Below the pieces are notes generated by a model that was given only the letters and a program-made list of their open reading frames with translations, ran no database searches and was not told the DNA's origin. Of a stretch of DNA of 64,000 bases, positions 11,336-23,700 are shown piece after piece. Source of the DNA: Paragordius varius (lineage: Eukaryota > Animalia > Nematomorpha); assembly GCA_964247055.1 (NCBI GenBank), contig OZ176055.1, positions 6,510,001-6,574,000 on the forward strand, in the 5' to 3' direction. The translations under genes were made by a program, and so were the position numbers. The number at the start of each line of letters is the position of its first letter. Position 1 is the first letter of the stretch.

Positions 11336-14300
11336 GTTATCTGCCTATATTGGCCCCGATAGTGGGAATTATATGTCATTATACGCATCACTTTTTTTAA
11401 ATAAAATTCTACTTAATTTCAAATTTCATTAAACATTTAGAATTAATAATAATATTTTAATTGTAAGCATAAAATTAACTCGGCCGAAATTGTTAATAAA
11501 AAAGAAAATAAGACAAGATGAATGTTAGAGAGTTTTCATATAAATAAAGAACATAAAATGATAAAAAACGCGAAATTATCAATTTAAATGGTATCACCAA
11601 TTTATCTTAAGTTTTTATGGTCATTTTTCGAATTATATTTTTATTTTTTTATTTCATTTTTACATTCGACAATTACTTGTAGTAATCGAAAATTTATGTT
11701 TTAAAGAAATCCAATTATTGCTGAATTTAAAGATAATTTTTGTTTTGTATAATCCATAAGACAACTAGTAAGTTTGTGGGAAGATGGTGTTCTAAACTCT
11801 AATGACTAAAACTTTAAAAATAGGACCTTATCCAAAAATCAAGAAATTTTAAGGGAGATCAGCATGAACTAATTAGTTAGTAAGAGGTGTCCATCAAAGC
11901 TCGTTAGAGGGGGTTTCAGGGGTATTCACTGTATATGTTAATTGGAAATCGGACATTTAGCATTAATCATTTTATTAAAATCTATATTTAACAGCAAATA
12001 TATATATGATTACACATATTAAATAATTTTAAAAAAATCCGTGATATGACAGTAAGTTAACGAAAAATAAACATAAAGTAGAAAATTAACTGAAATAATA
12101 TTTTTTCCTGATACTACCATTTAACATGGATTAAGTTTAGTAGTTCAATGTGTATTTTTATTTACTATACACGAACGATTAAACTATTTCAAACAAAAAT
12201 ATTATTTAACAAATATTTTTTTATAATTAATTTTGTGTTGTGACAGACATCCTTAAACATTGATCATGTTTCTAACGCTTTCACCCGCATGATAAATCGA
12301 TCAGCAATCACATTAATTGCCATTATGGCTTGTGCAGTTTGTTTACCATTTGCTTTCCTACGTGTTTGGACTTGGTCTCGTCGTAATACTCATTCTACGA
12401 CAAATTATCATCATCAAACATTTATGGGGCCTGGAACTACAATACCTGTCGGCGGTGATTTAACTCTTCAAAAATCATGTATATCAACTTTTACCAATAT
12501 TGACTTGGAGTGGTTAGTACGATTAATGTTACGGTTTGTTGGTCCGTTTGCCCTGCTTTTGTTTGCCGTGGTTTGGCTTTATTCTATCATCATAGCTCTC
12601 ATGTATAGGGTAAGTTATTGATTTTAATGTCATAAAATATACCATTTAAAATTCAAATTCACCCTTGAACAATTTTAATTCACCCTCAACAATTCAAATT
12701 CACCCTAAAATATTATCTGTTTACGGGCAAATATAACTCATCATTAACATGAAATATATTTTTACGACATTGTTTATTATTTTTTCTGCATTATATTAAT
12801 TTTAAACAGAATTTCATATTTAAAAATATTGTAAAATAAAGGTAATTTTTAATCTAAAATACCTAATTTATTTTAGGGTGAATTTGAATTGTTCGAGGGT
12901 GAATTTGAATTGTTCAAGGTGAATTTGATCGATCAGGGGTTAATTCGAACTAAATGGTATATATTGGCTTGTTGGAATTACATGTATAGTTAAAATAAAG
13001 TTAGATAACATATATTAATATAATAGGTATTATACAGGGATTTTCCAATCAGACACCGTAATTCGAGTTACAGTTGCTTAACTTGTTGTCTCTAGTTCCG
13101 GTTCCAGATATTTTTTAGGGAAAACCATTTCCAAACTTTTTTGAAATCATTTTTTGCCGACAAAGTTCCAAAATACCTGTTAATTACAAATGCGGTTTCT
13201 GTATTAACGACATTTCATAGATAAAACTAATTTAGCGCATAATTATTTACTCACAATTATTATTTAAATATTGAATTCATTGCAAAATATTTTTTACAAG
13301 ATTGTTTTATGAATCGTCTATCTCTATATAAATAAAAAAACTTTCTTTTTTAGGCAAACCTTAGTAATATGCTCTATCCCCTTCCATCACGTTGGCAAGA
13401 ACGCATATTTTATTTGCTTATCATAGTGGCCCTAGCCTTTTTATTCATACACCTCTTGTATCATCTATCGCGTCAAACAAATTATCAGCTCTATTTTATT
13501 GATTGGGAATATGCTATAATTAATACTAATGCCGATGAGCTTGAACAAAATTCTACTACATCTAATTGGAAGGCAAATGAAAACATTAATCAACAAGAAA
13601 AAGGTGAAAACTCTGCCCAAAAGATACCACCCCCCATGGAGAATTTGAATGAGAGCACACCGCAACAAGTAGATGAATCTATAAAGTTGCACAGGAGCAA
13701 AAAATCACACGATCACAAAGTTAAACGGTATATATTATTTGATTTACTTCTCTAGAATAAAATATTGATTTACTCATGTTTTATATGGTATTATTTTTTG
13801 ATCTACTTTAATTGCTTTTTACCAAAATATATTCTCAGTGTTTGAAATCAATTTTTCAGGATGAAGTTTGACATTTTTCAAAGTGTTATGAGCAGAATCT
13901 TTATATTAATATGATATCCTTTTATCTCTAAAAAATGTATAAATTATTTTTGATCTTTCTTTCCCCTTAAAATTCACCATAAACTTGAATGACTTTAGCA
14001 CCAAAAATAAAAGTCGAAAAGACACGCCAGAATCACAAGAACAACCGAATGCGCACTTTGAACCTGGTCATTTAGCGATTGTTAATTCAGCTAGTAATAA
14101 AAATCAATTTTATCAATCCAATCTTGGAACTATGAATGTTGATGAACCATTTAATCCGACGATGTCAAATAAATTTTTACCTCAACACCAACAACAAGCT
14201 TTTCAGCATACACCTTCTCAATACCCCTTCAATAATTTTTCTCCATCATTTAACGCGAATAGTAATACGGGATTTTTGTCAAATTTATTGTCACGATTCA

Positions 14301-17300
14301 ATGTTCAGCCTTCTTCTTCGTATGACAATCGCAGCAAACATATCCCATCTTCTAATTTTCCATATCGAGGAGAATGCAACCCTACACCATATTACACGCA
14401 AAATGTTAATTTTAACAATAATAATACGGGTAATTTGAAAGAATATGCGGATAATATAAAATTTTCTCCTGAGAATTATGGACACCTAAATCAAAATACC
14501 AACAATTCCAATCCTTATGACGCAGGAGATTCAAGGAAGATGAGAAAAACTAAAACGTCTGAACGCGAAAATAGAAATGTGTATCAGGTTAGCTATTATA
14601 TGATTATATTTAAGTATAATGCATTTTAACATTTAATTCCTTTATTAATGCATTTTAATATGCAACTTAAAAATAGATTTGATTATCATGCCCCCTTTTC
14701 CGAAATAAGATTTTACTTTTTAAGATACAACCATTAAAAGATTACCCCCTTACAAATTATAGTATTTTGAAATTTTTACACAATTCATCAATTAGAATAA
14801 TATAACCGTAGATGTGAAATAGTAAAGGGAAGATTAAATTATAAACTTATTTAAAGTTATAACACGTTACAAATATTATTATTAAGGAAATAGGTATAAA
14901 AATTTTAAACTAACAAAAGAAATTTTTATCCAAATTTAATGCAGTGGTTCCCAAAAGGGGGCGTAGAAAAATCTAAGGGGGGAGGCGCGAAAAATTTGGA
15001 GAATTTAATTATAAAATATCACTAGAAACAAAATGTAGTTTAATAAGATTTTAGGTGTAATTTATCATTATTGGTCCCCGATATGCAGAAAATATTTCAG
15101 CTATCGCAGATACAAGGATCTCATCGATTATGATTTTTATAATATTATAATAAGTTTACATTTTTATGAGGGGGGGGGGGGGGGGGGGGGGGCAAAAATG
15201 TATTTTAAATTTGGGGAAGCGTGAACAAAAAAAGGTTGGGAACCACTGGTATAATGTATAATTGATTTAAACTATAACAGAATCACCCTAGGACAAAATC
15301 GACCCCACAATACGCAAACCAAGGATTTATGGAGAGCACTGATGATGATGATAATGTTTTAATTAACGATCCAGCACCTTATAATGGTGCATCAAAACCA
15401 GAAAAAAGCTCTGATAACAAAGAAAAATCCATTGCGGAAACACGTAAAACAAAGCACCATAAGAAAGGTTAATGCATAAAGTTATATTAAAATTTTTTCT
15501 CGTTTATCTGGCAAAAACAATTTGATTCTACATGAGCTAAGCCAATTATCAATATAAGAATAGTTTGATTAAGGATACTGAATTATAATGATAGACCTTT
15601 TGTAACTCTTTCTATGTTCCTCATGTTAAAAATTACTTAAGGTGGCAAAATGGGTCATTACAATAAAATTTTAATCTATTTTGAGGGTGCTTAAAAATTT
15701 TTTATTCGCCATGTATTTGTTTCAAATATCTCTTCCAACAATTAACAGATCATTTGCGAAAAAGAACTCGGCGGCACAAAAATATTAATGATGAGGAAGG
15801 ATCCACAACTCAATCATCTCAACCAAATCCACAATCCAATCCATCGCAATTCATTTATTGCAATAATGCAAGTCGCATTTTGTATAGCATTCATGCTTGG
15901 TGTCGATTACAAACGTATAGGGAAATACCTAACCGAACAATTTTGTTTTTAGGACTCTTTATATTATATGTAAGCCTTTTACCTCGTATCGGAATGTTTT
16001 AAAATGTTTAAGATATACAAGATTAGATGTTCATATATTTTATTAAAATATATTAGAGTTATAATGATGCGGATGATGAAAATATGAGGGAGATATGTTT
16101 TTCACAGTGTTTTATAAATTTTAAATATAATATGTTTAAAACATCCGTTTTATTTTAATAAATATTACGCATTTTTCACAAAAGATGTATAAAATGGTTA
16201 ACATATAAAAAAGCTTTACAAATGGTCGTTCGACTGGTTCATTTATTATTTTTTTAAAAATAATATAATGTTTTCAAAAGTTTTAAAAAATTGTTTTTTA
16301 ACATGATAACGGCGAGACCCTTAAGTATCTTTACACATTTATTCCACATCAAAATTTATTCTATAGTTTTTGGACAATAATCCGAAAGATCATTGCTATA
16401 CTGGAAATAACCCGGCTGGAATTGAAATTACAGCTCACGGTTCTGTGCGTTTAAGATGTATGCCTCAAAGTGGCATCCTACGTTTTGCTATTATTGCAAG
16501 TGTTTATGCATTACTTGCCCTTGTGTTTTGGATTGGACGAAAGCTTTTGCTTTATTTGGTAAATGAAATAATTTTCTAGATGCTTATTAAAACGGAACAT
16601 GAAATTTTTTGGTGATTGGTAGTTTTGTGTTAGTATTATAGATTATTCAGCCTATATCTAATTTTGAAATGTTTTTTACTAAATAATATATTTTGGATTT
16701 TCGCTTAAGAGCATGTAGTTTTTTTTCTATTTTATAAAATATTAATGGGGTCTATTATATATATATATATATATATATATATTAATATACATATTTAGTA
16801 CAACTCCGTTAAAATTCTGAACAAAAATGATTACAAATTGGGCGCCTTAAACAACTTTCTTGATACGTGCAAAACGCTAAATATATCCATATTCATATTG
16901 AAAGAAAGGAATTATGCAATCTATTATCACGCACAAAATACGTTTGGTCGAGCCGATGTCAGTTATGAGGAATACCTTTATCGAATTAGATATAAGAAAG
17001 TACGATGATTACGACACTACATTTTTAGTTTATATGAAAAGGTCCTCTAAATATGTAAAAGAGCAAAAGTTTTTTTTGCATAAAGAGCCGCAATTTAAAA
17101 AGTAAAAATCAAATGATTTTGTTTTATTTTTTTATATAGTTAATAAAAGTAGGATTGTTAAAAACGGGCATTATATAGGCTGCATACGAAAATTTTTGCA
17201 GTAAAAAATGGTTGACTTTTTCTTTTTACATTACGGTTTATTAAACTTTGACTGTTACTTTACATTATATTACGCCGTCTTATATATTTGTATTTTACTA

Positions 17301-19825
17301 TCTAAATAATTAATTTAAGTATCACCAGGTTATGAGTATATGCATTCATATGACCGTGGCTATGATTATTAAAATAATCAATCGTAAAATTTAACGCCCG
17401 ATTTGATTTATTATAAACAATGGTGTTAATAAATTTTATGTACAAATAACGTAAAGTTTTTAAATATTACCAAATTTGGCTTGATTGTTATAAATATGAT
17501 TGAATAATATTAAAAGCAATTTGAACAGTGTACTTCATTTTGTTTCGTGAACGAATAACATAATTTTTTTCTTAAGATGATGACTGCATATAAGCTTGAA
17601 TGACTACATATCTAAAAAGCAATCAGGCCCGTTATTATTTATAACCCTAGGTATCACTATTAAAATAGGTTTTTTAAATAAATAAATTTATATAGCAATA
17701 AACATTTTTATTACACAAGGAAATGATGGCACAACTTAAAATGGTTCGTGATTCCGCCCTTGCAGTTTTAGCTCCTCTCCCCAACTTAGATACGCAGTTG
17801 GATGAAGCCACAACCTATTACAAAGCTATGACAGGTCTCGGCGATCCAAACATAATGTCCATAAGTCCGTCAAAAGCAAGTGGTGTGCAATCAAACATGG
17901 GTGAAGGTATAAAATACAATTATTTTTAACTGTTTTGGATTAAAAGTTTGTTTTCATCGTGATTATATTTGCTTGATTTGCGGATAATTTGATACAAGGT
18001 TGATAAATGTTAGCAAAAATTATAAAACAAGTATTATTCTCCCCTACTTTTCTCTAAAAAATTTGTAAAATTTTATACCAAAATATAAAAGATAAAATGT
18101 TTCGGAATTCTTTGAAATCTAGGTTTTGATTATAAAATTGATTTAGGAAACCCATTTGGTTTCAACAATATTTTTCAATTATTCCATTTTGTTAAAAAAC
18201 TTTTTCGGTTGGGAACCTTGCTTTTGATGATACATTATGATTACTTATTTGTCCTGCATTTAGTTATTATAAATTTTGATAATATTTGGTCAGAGATTTG
18301 AAAATTTTATACTAATTTTACTTAAATAACTAGAAACAGGAGCAAACATAAGTCCCAACAATCAAATGATCCCTTATATGTCATTGGAGATTGGTAAATG
18401 TTACGAAATTTCACTTAGTTTGCCGGCTTGTACTGTAATTAATCAAGCGCTCTTTGCCATTCAACAGGTATATATTATGGTTAAATCGAATTAACTTGGT
18501 ACTTTTTATTAAAAACTTATCGTTTAATTTTAATTGTCCTATTTTTTGTAATAATTCCAACAAATATTAAATATTCTTTTTAAAATAATTCCAATTATTT
18601 CGGATTTTAGCCTTTGATTACCCAATTCTTGTCATTTACTGTCCCTGGTAAGTTGTATGTCTCCCGTAACTCTGTCAATGTGTTGTCTGTTTATTTCGCA
18701 CACATATTATTAATATAATCACTGCTTCTTATATTTTTAATTTCAAAGTGTCTCCTTTTGCATATTGGTTCATCCTAGTGTCATATAATAATCATAAAAT
18801 TGAAATTATGCACAAACGTAAAAACAAAAATTCATATTGTTTTAAAAAGACAACCATATCTTTTTAGCCTTGATTTTTTAATTATAATCGTTTTGTGTTG
18901 CAAAATTTGAATGTCGTTTATATATTTGCGACTTGTATTCATGTAATTTGTGTAGCGCGAAAAAGGAATTCTTTAAATAGTAAATAAAATTGTTTTTTTA
19001 GTGCATACTTTTTGTGTGAATAATATCAATTTTTACTGTATATTCCTGCATATTGAAAGGGTTAAATTTTGTGTAAAATTAAAAAAAGGTTTACAAGACG
19101 ATAATGCCATGTTTGAAAAACGGTTAATGGCTTGGCAGTACACGAACAGTTTAATGGTTGAGTTTTTGAGCGGACGTCTGGCTCCCTACATGTCCTATCA
19201 AATTGTTAATAAAACTTGGTTAGAGCGGATTTTATCATTTGAATCTTTGCAGCCATTAGATGTCTCATATATTTATCCACGTAAGCTTTTTTTGATAAAG
19301 TTAATTTGAAAAAGTTTTGGTCTAAACAATTTTGTAATTCTTTACATTTTCATAAAATATTTTAGTTTTTTATCTTTGGATGAGCATTTAAGTGCTGGAA
19401 ATAATAATTTAGGCTTTTCTTTCGGGCAAAAAAACGTAGTTGAATCTTTTAAATAAAAACACATTGTAAAAATTTAAAAAACCTACTCTATTATATGGCA
19501 AACTTACCCCTATTTAACTAGTTTTATTTTTAATAAATTTATATTTTTGGTAGAATCGGAAAATAATGGTGTAATGAAAAGACTTTTATTATGGGACCAT
19601 CAAATATACTTGTTTGTGCTTGAGTTGTTGATCGTAATATGCATCGATTATGCTACGCTTGGTTTTACACATCATTGGTTTAATGCTCTCTTACCTGGCG
19701 TTTGGATTGCATGTATTTTTGATTGGGTAAACTAGATTTTTATTGCGATATTTGCAATCATATATAATATATTAGCGTTTAATTATCGATTTTTCAACCT
19801 TAATTTTAAACTTTTTGGGTGAATC

Positions 19826-19863
<38 letters not shown>

Positions 19864-19990
19864 ATGAACTATTTAATATGTGTATAATTGTTTGAAAATT
19901 TTAAAATTTTAGTTGATTTGCAAACTGTTGTATTTGGCAAGCAAACGGAACATTTGTGCCAAAACTATGGTGGATTTTAATCTTATTTAA
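7694..19990 (+). CDS. TMEM67: Meckelin (ciliary transition-zone protein), multi-exon
   Basis: Exons with consistent phases: 7694-7771, 7795-7847, 7875-7986, 8010-8063, 8089-8207 (NNLTACNFLANLCV), 8235-8301, ~9523-9675 (TAFDIHG...LLCP), ~10776-10865 (YRRFFLYE), ~12247-12609, 13354-13727 (LP..QER..QT...YFIDWE), 13999-14587, 15281-15467, 15749-15969 (AWCRLQTYREI), 16367-16558 (ILRFAI), 16799-16999 (NFLDTCKTLNISIFIL...YYH), ~19090-19280 (KTWLERIL), ~19550-19727, 19913-19990 (KRNICAKTMVDFNLI*). Some internal exons are unresolved. Confidence 0.9.
11287..11332. repeat. (AT)n microsatellite, representative; others at ~9-32, 16755, 19829, 20015, 24560, 41028, 53704, 61092, 62628
   Basis: Read directly from the sequence. 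Confidence 0.95.
12640..12959. mobile_element. TACC...GGTA MITE family (foldback-like, 21-bp subterminal repeats), in a TMEM67 intron
   Basis: TIR taccattt...aaatggta, arrays of aattcaaattcaccc(ttgaac) at both ends, TA on both flanks. Confidence 0.8.
14942..15248. mobile_element. hAT-Buster MITE (307 bp) in a TMEM67 intron
   Basis: Perfect TIR cagtggttcccaa / ttgggaaccactg. Flanks atttaatg / gtataatg (nnnTAnnn, 2 mismatches). Internal G23 run. Confidence 0.85.
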
Positions 19991-20783
19991 TTTTAATTGT
20001 TTCAATATAGCTAATTTATATATATATATATATATATATATACCACCCGTTTTAATTATTCAGCTGTTTTTTTTCACATTTTAAATAACAATAAATATTA
20101 TTTACAATATCTTTAATTCATTTAACCATTTTACTGTACTTTTGTGAGTTTTGAGAAAGCTTTAACACAGGTGTAAATAGGTCTCCTGCAAAACGCTTAA
20201 AATATTCCTATATTAAATTTTATGTTTTTTATTACATTTTAAACCCAAATTATAAGTCTGAAACCAATTCGATTGATTCATGTTTATTGCCAATAATAAA
20301 CTTGTATAATTAGACAAAATAGCCAACAATACCGTTATAAGAGGCTCATTTACGAATTAGTAAATTGGTAAGATCTTTCTAAGATTGGCCGGTTCTGTCT
20401 GTAAAACCAATCAAAGCACAATATCAATCTTAAAATCAAGTTAAAACAAAAAATTATGAATTAAATTATTTGCAATCATGCAAATAACATTATAAATGAC
20501 TAATATGTAAATAAATAAAATATTATTTACAATTTTTTTCAAATTAAATATATAACGTAATATATAATCATGAATTTTGATGATTATTTTTATAAGCGGT
20601 AAACTATATTCGTTTACGGTCAAACCTAACCCTGTATTCATGCAGATTCTTTTGAGGACACCTATAATAATAATTAATTTCTTAAATTTATTTTGTAATA
20701 TTCAACTTTTTACTTATAAATATTTACATGTAAAATAAAAATATGATATATTTTTTTCAAGTACATTCACATAATATGCATAA

Positions 20784-23700
20784 TTAAATCCAATCCATAA
20801 AAGTTTTTTTGTGTTTTGTTTGAACTTTCGGGTTTATTGTTTTTACCGAGTCATCTGCTGCATTCATTTGGCTCTCGTTTGATGAATTGAGGTCCAACGC
20901 TTTAGCCAAGGGGTCAAAACGAATTTCTGATTCAGATTTGCAAATTTTACTAAAATATTATTAATATTATTATTATTTTAAGTAATTTATTTATTGAACC
21001 ATTATAAAATGGGAAAAATAGTATTTATTAATTAAAGGCATTATGTAAATATTTGAAAGCGACATATATATATATATATATAAATATAAATAGTTTTATA
21101 CAGTTTGAGGATAAATAACCCCGGTTAAATCACAAAAAAACCAAATTATTGGCACACACTATAAATAAATAAATATAAAATTTACCCATCTGACAGACGG
21201 ACTATATAGGATAAAATATATTTTGTATTATCGAAAAAAACGGAATTTAATAATGTAAAAGGCAAGCAAGGATCGAAATCAAATACCTCAAAATATTAGA
21301 TTTAACCTTGGAAAATTTTGAAGTCTCATCAAGCCTTTTTGTGTCATCAGATGTTAGAGTATTGTTATTATTGCTGTTATTATTATTTGTATTTTCTTCT
21401 ACTTTTAAGGTTTTTTCCATATTTTGATTTTCATTTTTTGCTTGTTGGGAAGTTTCCAGAATAAATGGAGAAATAGTATTTGAAGAATTATTTAGGAGAT
21501 CGTTCGAAGAAGACGACGATGAGGTGGATGATGAACTTGTGTTATGATCTGAAAATCAAAATCAAAATTTTTTTTGTGATTTTGTTTTAATTTAGATATA
21601 TATAAGGATAGGGAAAGCATTATTTTAATGATATATAAAGAGGTGTAATATTCTATAAAGAGTGAGGTGAGTTATACTATTGTTTGGTTAAGGCGTTTTT
21701 TTGTCAAAAAATAAAAAAATTATTGTTAGAAATTTAGTTGGTATAAAACAAAGTTATTTTATGATAAATAAATAATAATTATTTTTTGTCATTTTAATTA
21801 TGATTAGTCATTTTAATTTTTTATCCATTGAAAACGATACTATTAAAAATGGTAAATTCTGGATATACAGTATGCATATTGATGGTTGCTTATTTCAAAT
21901 TATAGTAGATTTGCAACACATGAGTGTATGGAAAAAAGAAAGGAAATAATTGTTTATTCAATATTTTGTTGTTTTTTTCCATACACTATTGTGAATCGCC
22001 CTACTATTGTGTGAAATAAGCACCATTAAAATGCATACTGTAATTTAGAAAATAATACTAGAACTAAATTATTATCGAAAAAAGATTTTTGTTATAATAT
22101 AGCCGATTTTTGGAAAAACATGATATGGTTTATGTAGAAAAGGTAATTTTATTTTAGTTTGTTTGAAATTAGTATTGGATGTAAATGTAACAAAATTCTA
22201 CTCTTTCTCTAAGGGGTCAAACCGCATAAAAAGGTTCATGCTAAAAATAAAATTAGTTATTTTATAATTATATAACCGTTAACATCAGCCGGGCTCAGTG
22301 GTATAGCATTTTCAGACGTTGATAAGATTGATGATTTAGGTATTTGATTATCAGCTGATCTGATAACGACATTGCTTTTGTTATCGAAAGATGGGGTAGA
22401 GCTATTTGCACTTTGTAAGACGGAAAAAGATGCAGGGATATTACCTGTAGACATCCCTAAAAGTAATATTTTATGGGTATTTTTACAAAAATAAGTGCAT
22501 AATTAATATGTATACAGGATATTTAATTAAGAGGTAATGACCATCACCCATAACTAAGTATTTATCACAAAAAATGTTTCCTAAAATCATGAATTTATCA
22601 AATGCTTACAATCATTTGAAGTTTTATTAGTTTTATGTCTATTGATAAACATATGAATATTGTGACAAGTTATGCTCATAAGCCGTCAGAGTTACAGTTA
22701 ACCGGTTATCAATATTATATATTGCAAAAAAAGAAAAGAATTATGGTTTGTTGTAAATATTTCACTCTATATAATTAAAAAGGAGAATAAAATAAACTAA
22801 CCTAAACTATTTTTTCGTTGTCTCAATTTTTCCAAGTCCTCTTTGACACGCGTTTCACGGCGTTCAAGGTGCATTACAGACCTCGGGCAATAATCCAGTT
22901 GGGCATAATAGGGATTGTTTTCTTCACATTCAATCTTTTTGCGTAACTTACTTTCCTTTTGTCGCAAACTGGATTCTTTGTGAGCAATGGAACTATATAC
23001 ATATATACATATGATTATGAGACGAAATAAAATTATAAAGACAAAACGTAAAAACTAAAGTACAATTTTTAAGACAACCACATTTTAAAATTCCTATTAT
23101 TTACAATATCACTCATAAGTTTGGGTTGCAAAATGGGAAATAGAGATGTTTGTTCTTGTAAACATACACATTTATATATAATTAAATAGTTTATACATGA
23201 TAACATAATGTTATGTTATGTATGGTTATCTTTTCTTAAAACATTTGTTTAGTTTTACATTTTGTCTGTAGTTAGATTATTTTTAATAAAATCATTTATT
23301 GATGGCCAAATATTTTACATTCTATCTTGTTCAACTTGGCTGGCTAATGATACATTTTGAGAATTTTCAGATGATGGTTCTAGTAACAATGTTTTATCAT
23401 CAGAATCCTTGGATGGTATATTGGTGACTGTAAATTGTTTTTCTAATCTGCGCCCCTATATTTTTAATAAAAATAAAAACGCATAAAATTACAGACTTAA
23501 AAATATAAAATTTCATTCATTATATTTTTTCGATAAAACTTAAAACGAGTATAACTATAGGAGGAAAAGCATGTAAATTTTGTCATCCAATATATCATAT
23601 TTTTCCTCCTTTTTAAAGATAAATGAAAACGCATAATAAAATTTTAGAGAAAAAAAAGTATGTTAAATTTACCATCGAATCCATTATAATTTTTTCCCTG

